From Candidatus Eiseniibacteriota bacterium (lineage in GTDB: Bacteria; Eisenbacteria; RBG-16-71-46): a stretch of 64,000 bases of DNA. Location: contig JBGAOA010000001.1 of the NCBI GenBank assembly GCA_044222065.1, positions 61,713 through 125,712 on the forward strand, written 5' to 3'. Shown in pieces: positions 39,885-48,592 of the stretch (position 1 is its first letter; each line of letters starts with the position of its first letter). Below the pieces are notes generated by a model. That model was not told the DNA's origin. It was given only the letters and a program-made list of their open reading frames with translations, and did no database searches. The translations under genes and the position numbers were made by a program.

Positions 39885-40733
39885 TCACCCCGCCGCCTTC
39901 TCGGACTTGGACGACGCGTTCGAGCCCGCGTCGGAACCGGGCGTCACGGACGACGCGGTCACGGCGGGCGGCTCGGGCTCGGGGCCGAGCCGGAAGATGC
40001 GCGACAGCTCGGAGCGCAGCTCGCCCTCGTCCAGTCCCTGCTGCAGCGTGCCGCGATGCGCGACCGATATCGCGCCGGTCTGCTCGCTCACGACGACGAC
40101 GACAGCGTCGGACTCCTCCGACAGTCCGAGTGCGGCGCGGTGGCGCGTGCCCATCGTCGCTGCGACGCGCGGGTTCGGGGACAGCGGCAGGATGCAGCCG
40201 GCGGCGATCACGACGTCCTCGCGCAGAATCGCGGCGCCGTCGTGGAGCGGCGAGCCGGGACTGAAGAGCGTGACGAGCAGCTCGGCCGACACCTTCGCAT
40301 CCACGCGCGTGCCGGTCTCGACGAAGTTCCTGAGCCCCACGTTGCGCTCGATCACGAGCAGCGCGCCCTGCCGCCGGTCGGCGAGCTGCTCGGCCGCGCG
40401 CACGATCTCGCCGAGCACGCCGTAACTGTCGCCGCGCACGAACGCGCGGAAGTAGCGGGTGCGGCCGAACTGCGCGAGCGCGTGGCGCAGCTCGGGCTGG
40501 AACAGGATCACGAACACGATCAGCCACACGGTGCGCAGGCTGTCGGTGATCCACTTGATCGCGATCAGGTCGAATTCGCGCGCAACGACGCCGATCAGCA
40601 CGATCACCAGCAGCCCGACGTACATCTGCGCGCCGCGCGTGCCCTTGACCAGGATGAGGAGCCGGTAGAAGAGCGTGGCGACGAGCAGGATGTCGAGCAG
40701 ATCGAGCAGCCAGAACGCGTGGACGGGCGTCAT
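39885..40733 (-). CDS. cdaA: Diadenylate cyclase CdaA (membrane-bound)
   Basis: Three N-terminal TMs, LFQPELR, GALLVIER, PLHDGA, GTRHRAALG, VVSEQTG. Confidence 0.95.
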   Translation of the reverse strand: MTPVHAFWLLDLLDILLVATLFYRLLILVKGTRGAQMYVGLLVIVLIGVVAREFDLIAIKWITDSLRTVWLIVFVILFQPELRHALAQFGRTRYFRAFVRGDSYGVLGEIVRAAEQLADRRQGALLVIERNVGLRNFVETGTRVDAKVSAELLVTLFSPGSPLHDGAAILREDVVIAAGCILPLSPNPRVAATMGTRHRAALGLSEESDAVVVVVSEQTGAISVAHRGTLQQGLDEGELRSELSRIFRLGPEPEPPAVTASSVTPGSDAGSNASSKSEKAAG

Positions 40734-40766
40734 CGGAGTCTCGTGGAAGCGCGAGGGAACGCGCGA

Positions 40767-40775
40767 ATGCTAGCA
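40767..40775 (-). promoter_or_regulatory. Possible extended -10 promoter for cdaA
   Basis: Minus strand TG-C-TAGCAT, about 34 nt upstream of the ATG. Confidence 0.4.
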
Positions 40776-40818
40776 CACGAACGCAGCGCTCCCGCGTTCG
40801 CGGAGGGCGTCCGCGCGG

Positions 40819-42789
40819 CTAGCGAACGACGATGCCGCGGCGCTCGAGACGCTGCTCGCCCTGAGTGAGGCGGATCCAGTAGAGCCCCGAGGCGAGCACG
40901 GCATCGAGTCCGATCACGTGCGCGCCCGCGCCAAGCGAGCCCACCTCGCGCTCGAACACCTCGCGCCCGGCGACGTCGTACAGCGCGAGCCGCGCCGGCT
41001 CGCCGCCCGTCAGCGTGAACGCCACGCTCGCCCGCGCCCCGGACGGGTTCGGCGCGAACCCGCGCAGCGCCAGCGGCGCCGTGAGCGGCACCTCCACGCG
41101 CACCGCCTCGCCGTACGTCGCCACGCCGCCCTCGAACACCCCGGCGCGATACTCGTACGCGCGCCCCGCCCGCACGTCCGTGTCTTCGTACTCCACGAGC
41201 CCCGCACCGCTCACGCTCGTGCGCGCGCGCTCGCGCCACGCCGCACCCTCCGCCTCGCGCCGCTCGATCACCGCCGCCGCTCCGTTCCCCTCGCTCGCGT
41301 GCCAGCGCAGCGTCACCCGGCCCGGCTCCGCCCGCACGCTCACCAGCGCCACCGCCACCGCCACCGTGCCGTCCGTCACCAGCTTCTGCGCACACAGCCA
41401 CGCGCTGTCCAGGTTCGACTGCTCCCACACCACGATCGCCCCGCCTGTGCCGTCCGCCACGATGTCCGGATAGTCCGAGCCCGGCCCCGACAGTCGCCAT
41501 CCGTCCGTCGGCCAGCCCGCTGCCGGCGTGCCGCTCGCGGTCAGGTGCTGCGCGTAGATGTACTGACCCTGGTACGAGTTCGTCCACGCCACGTAGATCC
41601 CGCCCGCGCCGTCGCTCGCCATGCCCGCATACGACTGATACCCGGGCGACGTGCTCACCGCGAGTCCGTCCACAGGCCACCCCGGAGCGAGTGCCCCGCT
41701 CGCCAGCACGCGTTGCGCGTAGATCTCGTCGCGCGCGCTGCTGCGGAAGTCCCACCACGCCGCCATCACCCCGCCTGCGCCATCCGACTCGAGCAGCGCC
41801 TGCGTCTGCGGTCGCGCGGCGCTGCACACGGAGACGCCGGTGGCCGGCCAGCCCGGTGCGACCGTTGCGTCCGAGCCGAAGCGATGGAGCCGAAGATCGT
41901 CCACCGTGCCGCTGCCCGCTTCGATCCCGGACGAGCGAAGGACGTAGATGCCGCCAGCGTCGTCGGGCCACAAGTCCCACGGGAACGCCTGCTCGCCGGT
42001 CACGAGCACCCCCTGCGCGGGCCAGTTCGCGGCGATCGTGCCGTTGGCGAGCACGTGCTGCAGGCGAACGCCGCCGGTGCCGGCGTTTCCCTCGGCCCAC
42101 GAAGCGTACGCACCGCCCGCGCCGTCGGGCTTGAGCGCGACCGTGTGTCCGCTGGAGTACACGCTCGTGAGCTGCATGCCTTCGCGCATCCAGCCCGCAG
42201 GCAAGCTGCCGTCGCCCGAAACGCGATGGAGATGGAGCTGCGAGGGGGGCGAATTCAGCGGTTCGGAACCCGCGAGCAGGTAGAGTCCGCCGAACCCATC
42301 GGCGCTGACATAGACACTCGCGCTCAGGCTGTCGCGAACCACGATGCCAGTGTCCGGCCACCCCGCAGCAGAAGCGCCCATGCCGGTGATCTTCTTCGCA
42401 TACACAGCCCAGTTTCGACTGTCGCGCCAGGGAACGATCATGCTTCCGAGCCCGTCGGCGAGACATCCTCGAAGTCCTTGGGCTGTGGGCCCAAGTGCGA
42501 CTCCAAGACCGGCCGCCGGCCACCCGAAGGCGAGGTTGCCATTCGAGAGCACCCGCTGGACGTAAATGTCACCGTTCGTCACTAGTGCGTTCCGCTCGTC
42601 ACCCCACACGGCAAAGGCCCCACCGGCACCATCGGACGTGGCCAATGGGATGATCGGGTAGCACGGCTGCACGCAGATCTGCGTGCCGTCAGGTTGCCAG
42701 GCGGCATGGGACGCATCAGGTACGAGGAGCGCGCCAAGAGCGACGAGCCAGGCGAGAGACGGAAGACATCGCGGCAGATTGATGCACAT
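40819..42789 (-). CDS. Secreted repeat (beta-propeller-like) protein with C-terminal FlgD-Ig/T9SS-type domain
   Basis: Signal peptide; about eight xDGxGG-x-x-V-x-W / IYAQR / GWPxxG repeats; C-terminus FAPNP...LYDVAGR...LASGLYWIRL...IVVR; GAGGAGG RBS. Confidence 0.85.
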   Translation of the reverse strand: MCINLPRCLPSLAWLVALGALLVPDASHAAWQPDGTQICVQPCYPIIPLATSDGAGGAFAVWGDERNALVTNGDIYVQRVLSNGNLAFGWPAAGLGVALGPTAQGLRGCLADGLGSMIVPWRDSRNWAVYAKKITGMGASAAGWPDTGIVVRDSLSASVYVSADGFGGLYLLAGSEPLNSPPSQLHLHRVSGDGSLPAGWMREGMQLTSVYSSGHTVALKPDGAGGAYASWAEGNAGTGGVRLQHVLANGTIAANWPAQGVLVTGEQAFPWDLWPDDAGGIYVLRSSGIEAGSGTVDDLRLHRFGSDATVAPGWPATGVSVCSAARPQTQALLESDGAGGVMAAWWDFRSSARDEIYAQRVLASGALAPGWPVDGLAVSTSPGYQSYAGMASDGAGGIYVAWTNSYQGQYIYAQHLTASGTPAAGWPTDGWRLSGPGSDYPDIVADGTGGAIVVWEQSNLDSAWLCAQKLVTDGTVAVAVALVSVRAEPGRVTLRWHASEGNGAAAVIERREAEGAAWRERARTSVSGAGLVEYEDTDVRAGRAYEYRAGVFEGGVATYGEAVRVEVPLTAPLALRGFAPNPSGARASVAFTLTGGEPARLALYDVAGREVFEREVGSLGAGAHVIGLDAVLASGLYWIRLTQGEQRLERRGIVVR

Positions 42790-42952
42790 GAAGCCTCCTC
42801 ATTCCCGGAGCCGTAAGCGACAAGGACGTTGGCATGACCCGCGCTCCGGGTCTACCGATTTTCTCGATCCGCGCAAGGCGTCCTCCCAGATCGCGCACTG
42901 CACCTCCAGCACACCCTCGGGCGTCGCGCGTGACCCTCGGATGGAGGTCGCC

Positions 42953-45900
42953 ATGCTCCGTTCCCACCGCGCGCCGCGTTTGCGTCTCGTCATCACTTCA
43001 CTCCTCGTCCTCGTCACCTCCTGCTTGGCGCCCACGTTTCGATGCGGCGATGCGGAGGCGCAGTCGCCCCAGAAGAGCGGCCGGTGGACCAGCGCGTCGA
43101 ACTGGGGCTGGAACGCGATCCACCTCACGTTGATGCCGGGCGACTCGGTCTATCACAGCAAGGTTCTGTGGTGGGGCCGACCGAATGGCGCCTTCACGGG
43201 CGGCTTGTTCGGATGGAATCCCTCGACCGATGACCAGTGCGCATCGTGGCCGAGTTCCAGCTTCCAGTCGCTGTCGCTGGCCGCGCCGCCGTACGACATC
43301 TTCTGCGCAGGACAAACCGAGCCATCCGGAATCGCCGGGGTACCCGGGCATCTGCTGGTCATCGGAGGAACTCAGTCCGGAACCGGGACGATCAACGGAG
43401 TTCGCGACGTGGTCCTGTTCAACGCGAACAGCTCCCCGCAGTGGGTCACGCAGGCCTCAATGAGCGAACCGCGGTGGTATGGGACCGCGATCGGTGCGCC
43501 GCGCGAGGGGACGACGTTCGCACTGTCAGGAAGTCGCTCGTTCCACGAGCATTCGTTCGGAGGACGAGCGGCGGGTGCGAGCCAGCCATCGAACTCGCTT
43601 CGACGCCTGACCATTGCGTCCACGGCGACATGGAACTCGACGATCACCGGTCCGACGACGGGGCAGAGCACGGAGTGGCCCGAACCGCGAGAGGGGCACA
43701 CGGCGGTGGTCAGTTCGTCGGTGGCCCTGTTGCCATCGGCGGACGCCTTCGAGCTGGTCTTCGGTGGGAAGAACGCGACGGGCCACTTCAACAGCGTGTA
43801 TCGAATGACGCGGCCGATTTCGCCGACGAGGGAGGACTTCGGGTATGAGGCGAAGCTCCTTGGGGTCTCGTCCACCGAATCCCCGTCAGGCCGCGCGTAT
43901 CACACGAGCGTGATGGCGACGAACAACCTGATGATTGTCGTCGGAGGCCAGGAATTCGGTGGAACGGCGAGCGGGGATGTATGGACGGCGGAGGTTGACG
44001 CCGTCCAAGGTCAGGTGAGTTGGCAGCGTCGAACCACATCGATCACCGGCACTGGCCCCGGCCCGCGCTTCGGGCACATCGCGCACTACGACGCGCCCCG
44101 GAATCGTGTGCTGATCTTTGGCGGTCGCGGCACGGCCGGCGCGCTTGCCAGCATGACGGTCTACTCGCTGGCGCTGAACTCGTCCGGGGTCCCGACCAGT
44201 TGGTCAACGCCCACGGTGAGCGGCACCGTGCCCTCTTCACGCTCGCACGTCGCGGCGGCCTTCGATCCCACGACGGAGACCCACGCAGGCGGCGCCTCCA
44301 CGAAGCTCGTGCTATTCGGCGGTGACGTCGGCACGAGCGAGGGCTCGGCGTACGCGGGTGACCTGTGGGTGCTGTGGATCGCCGCGGACGGTTCGTTGTC
44401 GTGGGAATCGAAGTCGCCGACCGGTGCCGCGAAGCCTGCGCCACGCGCGAAGGCGGCCGCCATGGTCGACTGGTACGAGCGTCGGTTCTACCTCGACGGC
44501 GGGCTCTATCCCGGCACCTCGACTTCGGACACCGCGTGGTCGCTCGTGGCCACCGAGGCTGTCGGTGGCTACGCGTGGCGGATCGAGACGACGAATTCGA
44601 CGCGCTACAGCGGGCACACGGCCGTCTTCTACGACTCGTGGCCGACGTTTGCACGCGTGCCGGAGCAGTTCACGACGAACGGCACGCCGGCATGGAGCAC
44701 GCTGTCGAGCGCGATTCGCTATCACGACTGGTATCCGTTTGCGTTCTTCAGTCCGGGGCTCGGCCCCAACAAGGTGTTCGTTGCCGGGCCTCACGACACG
44801 AGCTTTACGCTCGACCTTTCAACACAGCAATGGCAGGCGTTCCCGAACGCAAACACGGGCTTTCGCGGGGGCAGCGCCGTCATGTATCGCCCCGGGAAGA
44901 TCATGAAGTGCGGCTCGCGACAGACTGACGCGGGCGGGCCTGCCACGGGGGCGACGAAGTGGACCGATCTCACCTCGGCATCGCCCGCCTGGACGAGCAC
45001 TGCGGCGACGCCGGCCGAGCAGATGCTGGGGCGCGTCTACTTCAACTCGACCTTGCTTCCAACGGGCGAGGTCCTGACGACCGGCGGCATGGACGCGCTG
45101 GCGGCGAACGCGCAGCCCGTGAAGCGACCGCAGATCTGGGCTCCGCCCGATGACGATCTCGGACTCGGGGGAGGCAGCGCCGGAAGTTGGAGAGGGGCAT
45201 CGGGGCCGGACACGCTGAGTCGCGATCCGTTCCAGCGCGACTACCACTCGACCGCCGTGCTGATGCCCGACGGCCGCGTGCTGTCGGCGGGCGGGGAGAT
45301 CGACTTCGATCAGCGGAAGTACGCCAATCAGTACTGTCCGCCCTACCTGTTCGATCGCGTGGACAACCCCGGAAGTCCGGCGGCGCGCCCGACGATCACC
45401 TGCGCCCCGGAAGTGATCGTGTACGGACAGACCTTCCACATCGAAGGACTGCCCGCAGTGCCGGAGGAGGTCCTGCGCGGCGTGTGCCTCGTGCGCGCCT
45501 CGACGACGACGCACGGGTTCAATCCCGATCAACGTTTCGTCCCGCTGGAGTTCACCTGCAACGCCTGCGGCGCGGGCCCGCCGGGTTCGCACGGCATCGA
45601 CGCCATCGCGCCCGCCGACAGTCTCGTCGCGCCGCCCGGCGACTATCTGTTGTTCCTCGTGGGGTGGAACAACAGCACGCCATCGCTCGGCCGCTGGGTG
45701 CGACTGAAGCGCGCCGACGACGTGCCGCCGGATCCCGTGCAGCAACTGCAGGCCGAGTTCGTCGCCCCGCAGGCGATCGTCTGGAGCTGGTACGAGACGG
45801 GCGACGACGGTCGAAAGGGGCAACCGAGTTCCCAGCAGGCACGCTACTCCCTGAGCGCGATCACCGATGCGAACTTCGGGAATGCGACGCTCGTGGCCAG

Positions 45901-46999
45901 CAATCCCGATCCGACCTGCGCCGGCACGTACCAGTCTGCGGAGGCGTGCAATCTCTCGAGCTGCACGAAGTACTACTTCGGCGTTCGCGCAACGGACGAC
46001 GCGGGGCTCGGCACACTGCGCTCGCTCAACTGGGTGAAGACGCTGTGTTCGGGAACCGGCGGCTGTGGCGGTGGCGGCGGATTCAGCGCCGTTCGAGTCC
46101 CTGGCGCGGGCGAAGCCGAGGCGGGTGAGGAGGCGGGTTCGAACTCGATGTCCTCACCACCTGCGAGTGACGGGCGCCGCGCTTCGGCGTTCGGCGGGCT
46201 TCGTCGCGGCGGCGAGACGGTGCTCGTCGCGGAGTACTCGCCGGGGGCGACGACGCGCTGGCGGATCACGAGGATCGAGCGTGCCCAGGTCGAGGGGCTC
46301 GATGCAGAAGTCACTACGGGAATGCTTGTCCAGGACGTGAGTCCAGACGGAGGCTGGACGACGCGACAGCACCTCGCGAATCCCGGCGACGCGATCGGGG
46401 TTCGAGCGTTGATTCGCGATGGACGCGTGGTGTTCGTCGACAGCGCCGACGTGGACGTAATCGACACGCAGCCGGCCGGGTACGCATGCGTCGGCGCCAC
46501 ACACTCGACGCTCGGCGCTTTGAGCCCCGTCGGGGGAACGACGCAGATCGCCTCCGCGGCACAGCTCGCGAGCGGCGAGAGCATCGTGCTCGACTTCGAT
46601 CGGACGGCGGCTGCGCCCCTGGAGGACGCCCTGGATTGCTTCTTCGTCGTGCGGCGCGGCTCCACGCCGTATTCGGGCGCAACGCACAGCGTGCGGGACA
46701 CCCCGCCGCCACCCAACGTTCCGGCCCGGTTCGCGCTGCATCCGAACACGCCGAATCCGTTCGCAATGCACACCGAGCTCCGATTCGATCTGCCGGCGCC
46801 GGCGTTCGTACGACTCGAGATCTTCGACCTCCAGGGACGTCGCGTCGCGCGCGTCGCTCACGGCCACTACCCGGCCGGCTTCCACAGCGTGGGCTGGGAT
46901 CGCTCGCGTGCTGCCGCTGCGAGGATCGGTCCGGGTGTGTATGCGTGCCGGCTCGTCGCCGGCAACGATCGGGCGGAGCGGAAGTTGATCGTCTACTAG
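42953..46999 (+). CDS. Secreted galactose-oxidase-like copper-radical oxidase (AA5-like) with inserted Kelch propeller, DUF1929, FN3 and FlgD-Ig/T9SS-type domain
   Basis: GGAGG RBS; IFCAG, PRWYG, RDYHSTAVLMPDGRVLSAGG, TTHGFNPDQR, APPGDYLLFLV; C-terminus PNTPNPF...IFDLQGRRV...GPGVY. Confidence 0.88.
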   Translation: MLRSHRAPRLRLVITSLLVLVTSCLAPTFRCGDAEAQSPQKSGRWTSASNWGWNAIHLTLMPGDSVYHSKVLWWGRPNGAFTGGLFGWNPSTDDQCASWPSSSFQSLSLAAPPYDIFCAGQTEPSGIAGVPGHLLVIGGTQSGTGTINGVRDVVLFNANSSPQWVTQASMSEPRWYGTAIGAPREGTTFALSGSRSFHEHSFGGRAAGASQPSNSLRRLTIASTATWNSTITGPTTGQSTEWPEPREGHTAVVSSSVALLPSADAFELVFGGKNATGHFNSVYRMTRPISPTREDFGYEAKLLGVSSTESPSGRAYHTSVMATNNLMIVVGGQEFGGTASGDVWTAEVDAVQGQVSWQRRTTSITGTGPGPRFGHIAHYDAPRNRVLIFGGRGTAGALASMTVYSLALNSSGVPTSWSTPTVSGTVPSSRSHVAAAFDPTTETHAGGASTKLVLFGGDVGTSEGSAYAGDLWVLWIAADGSLSWESKSPTGAAKPAPRAKAAAMVDWYERRFYLDGGLYPGTSTSDTAWSLVATEAVGGYAWRIETTNSTRYSGHTAVFYDSWPTFARVPEQFTTNGTPAWSTLSSAIRYHDWYPFAFFSPGLGPNKVFVAGPHDTSFTLDLSTQQWQAFPNANTGFRGGSAVMYRPGKIMKCGSRQTDAGGPATGATKWTDLTSASPAWTSTAATPAEQMLGRVYFNSTLLPTGEVLTTGGMDALAANAQPVKRPQIWAPPDDDLGLGGGSAGSWRGASGPDTLSRDPFQRDYHSTAVLMPDGRVLSAGGEIDFDQRKYANQYCPPYLFDRVDNPGSPAARPTITCAPEVIVYGQTFHIEGLPAVPEEVLRGVCLVRASTTTHGFNPDQRFVPLEFTCNACGAGPPGSHGIDAIAPADSLVAPPGDYLLFLVGWNNSTPSLGRWVRLKRADDVPPDPVQQLQAEFVAPQAIVWSWYETGDDGRKGQPSSQQARYSLSAITDANFGNATLVASNPDPTCAGTYQSAEACNLSSCTKYYFGVRATDDAGLGTLRSLNWVKTLCSGTGGCGGGGGFSAVRVPGAGEAEAGEEAGSNSMSSPPASDGRRASAFGGLRRGGETVLVAEYSPGATTRWRITRIERAQVEGLDAEVTTGMLVQDVSPDGGWTTRQHLANPGDAIGVRALIRDGRVVFVDSADVDVIDTQPAGYACVGATHSTLGALSPVGGTTQIASAAQLASGESIVLDFDRTAAAPLEDALDCFFVVRRGSTPYSGATHSVRDTPPPPNVPARFALHPNTPNPFAMHTELRFDLPAPAFVRLEIFDLQGRRVARVAHGHYPAGFHSVGWDRSRAAAARIGPGVYACRLVAGNDRAERKLIVY

Positions 47000-47014
47000 C
47001 GCGTCGCAACGCGA

Positions 47015-47036
47015 GGCCGCGCATTCGTGCGCGGCC
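47015..47036. terminator. Hairpin between the convergent oxidase gene and folP
   Basis: GGCCGCGCA-TTCG-TGCGCGGCC; no strong U tract. Confidence 0.45.
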
Positions 47037-47046
47037 CCGCGTCGTC

Positions 47047-47877
47047 TCAACGCCCCCGCCGGATCGCCTCCGCGATCTCGATCGCGCGCTTCGTCTCGTG
47101 CACGTCGTGCGTGCGGACGATGCGCGCGCCCTCGAACACCGCGATCGCGGTCGCGGCGAGCCCGCGCTCGAGCCGCGCGTCCGCGGGCAGGTCGCCGGGC
47201 TCCGACAGGAAGCGCTTGCGCGAGAGCCCGACGAGCACCGGGCGCTTCAGGGCCGCGAACGCGCCAAGACGTGCCAGCAGCTCGCGATTGTGCGCCGCGG
47301 TCTTGCCGAAGCCGATGCCGGGATCCACGACGATCTGCTCCTCGGCGATCCCCATTCGGCGCGCGCCGCGCAGGCGCACGCCGAACCAGTCGAGCACGTC
47401 GCCCGTCACGTCGGCGTAGCGCGGGTCGTCCTGCATCGTCGCGGGCGCGCCCTTCATGTGCATCAGCACGACGCCGGCGCCCGATTCGGCGATGAGCGGG
47501 CCCATCGCGGGATCGCGCAGCGCGGTCACGTCGTTCACGACCACGGCGCCCCACGCGATCGCCGCGCGCGCGACTTCGGCGCTCGCGGTGTCCACCGACA
47601 CGCACGCTCCCGCGCGCACGAGCGGCGCGATCACGGGCGTCAGCCGCGCGATCTGCTCGGCGGGCGGCACGGGGGACGAGCCCGGCCGCGTGCTCTCGGC
47701 GCCGACGTCCACGAGGTCGGCGCCCTCGGCCACGAGTTCGCGGCCGTGCGACACGGCGTCCTCGGGATCGAGGTAGCGGCCGCCGTCCGAGAACGAGTCC
47801 GGCGTGACGTTCAGCACGCCCATCACGAGCGCCCGTTCGTCGAGGTCGAAGCGCCGGTCGCGGCAGCGCCAGATCAC
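47047..47877 (-). CDS. folP: Dihydropteroate synthase
   Basis: MGVLNVTPDSFSDGG, GAESTRPG, VDPGIGFGK, SRKRF, VRTHDV. Confidence 0.97.
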   Translation of the reverse strand: MIWRCRDRRFDLDERALVMGVLNVTPDSFSDGGRYLDPEDAVSHGRELVAEGADLVDVGAESTRPGSSPVPPAEQIARLTPVIAPLVRAGACVSVDTASAEVARAAIAWGAVVVNDVTALRDPAMGPLIAESGAGVVLMHMKGAPATMQDDPRYADVTGDVLDWFGVRLRGARRMGIAEEQIVVDPGIGFGKTAAHNRELLARLGAFAALKRPVLVGLSRKRFLSEPGDLPADARLERGLAATAIAVFEGARIVRTHDVHETKRAIEIAEAIRRGR

Positions 47878-47881
47878 GGCG

Positions 47882-48364
47882 CTACTTCTTCGAGAGCAGC
47901 GCTTCCTTGAGCCGCTGGATCTGCTGCGCGTGGTCGTGCGCGTGAGCGGAGTAGATCTCGAGCCAGCGCGTGGCGCTGTAGAGCCCGGCCTCGCTGTGCC
48001 AGCCGTGGCAGAGCCAGTCGTCGTCGGTCATTTCGCTCAGCACCTGCAGCGTCGTCTCGCGAGCGACGCGGAACGCCTCGAGCGCCGGCGCGTGATCGCG
48101 CAGGTTGTAGCGCAGCAGGATCGCCCAGCGGTCCTGGTCGTAGCTCTGGATGACCGGGTACTCCTCGGTCAGGAGCTTCCGGAGCCGCGTTGCGGACTGC
48201 GTCTCGCTGTCGGCGAGGTGATGGACGATCTCCCGCGCGCTCCACTTGCCGGGGAACGGGTGATGGGTGAGCAGTTCGTCGGGAAAACCCTTGAGAGCCC
48301 GCACCACCTCGTCGAATCCCTGCGCGTACCGCTCGATCGCCTGCTTGCGCTCTTCACGCGTCAT
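47882..48364 (-). CDS. DinB/YfiT-family protein
   Basis: PGKWSAREIVHHLADSE, YDQDRW, HAHDHAQQI. Confidence 0.9.
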   Translation of the reverse strand: MTREERKQAIERYAQGFDEVVRALKGFPDELLTHHPFPGKWSAREIVHHLADSETQSATRLRKLLTEEYPVIQSYDQDRWAILLRYNLRDHAPALEAFRVARETTLQVLSEMTDDDWLCHGWHSEAGLYSATRWLEIYSAHAHDHAQQIQRLKEALLSKK

Positions 48365-48460
48365 TCCGTGCCATCTCCGTGGGTTCTTAGGACGCTCGGG
48401 TCCGCCGCGGATCGTGTGAAACCGGCTCGATTTCGCCACGCGCCACGCGCGGCGCGTGCG

Positions 48461-48489
48461 TTGACCTCTCGGGGGGCGGATGGTAGCAC
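48461..48489 (+). promoter_or_regulatory. Possible sigma70 promoter for the OmpA gene
   Basis: TTGACC-N17-TAGCAC with a TG extension. Confidence 0.45.
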
Positions 48490-48592
48490 TTACCGCCTTG
48501 ATTACCCGCGTCGGGGCTTGCGGCCGCCGCTTCGAGGCCACCTCCGCCGCTCTGCATTCGCCGCTCGAGACCGGTAGAGAGGAGTGTTTCGC

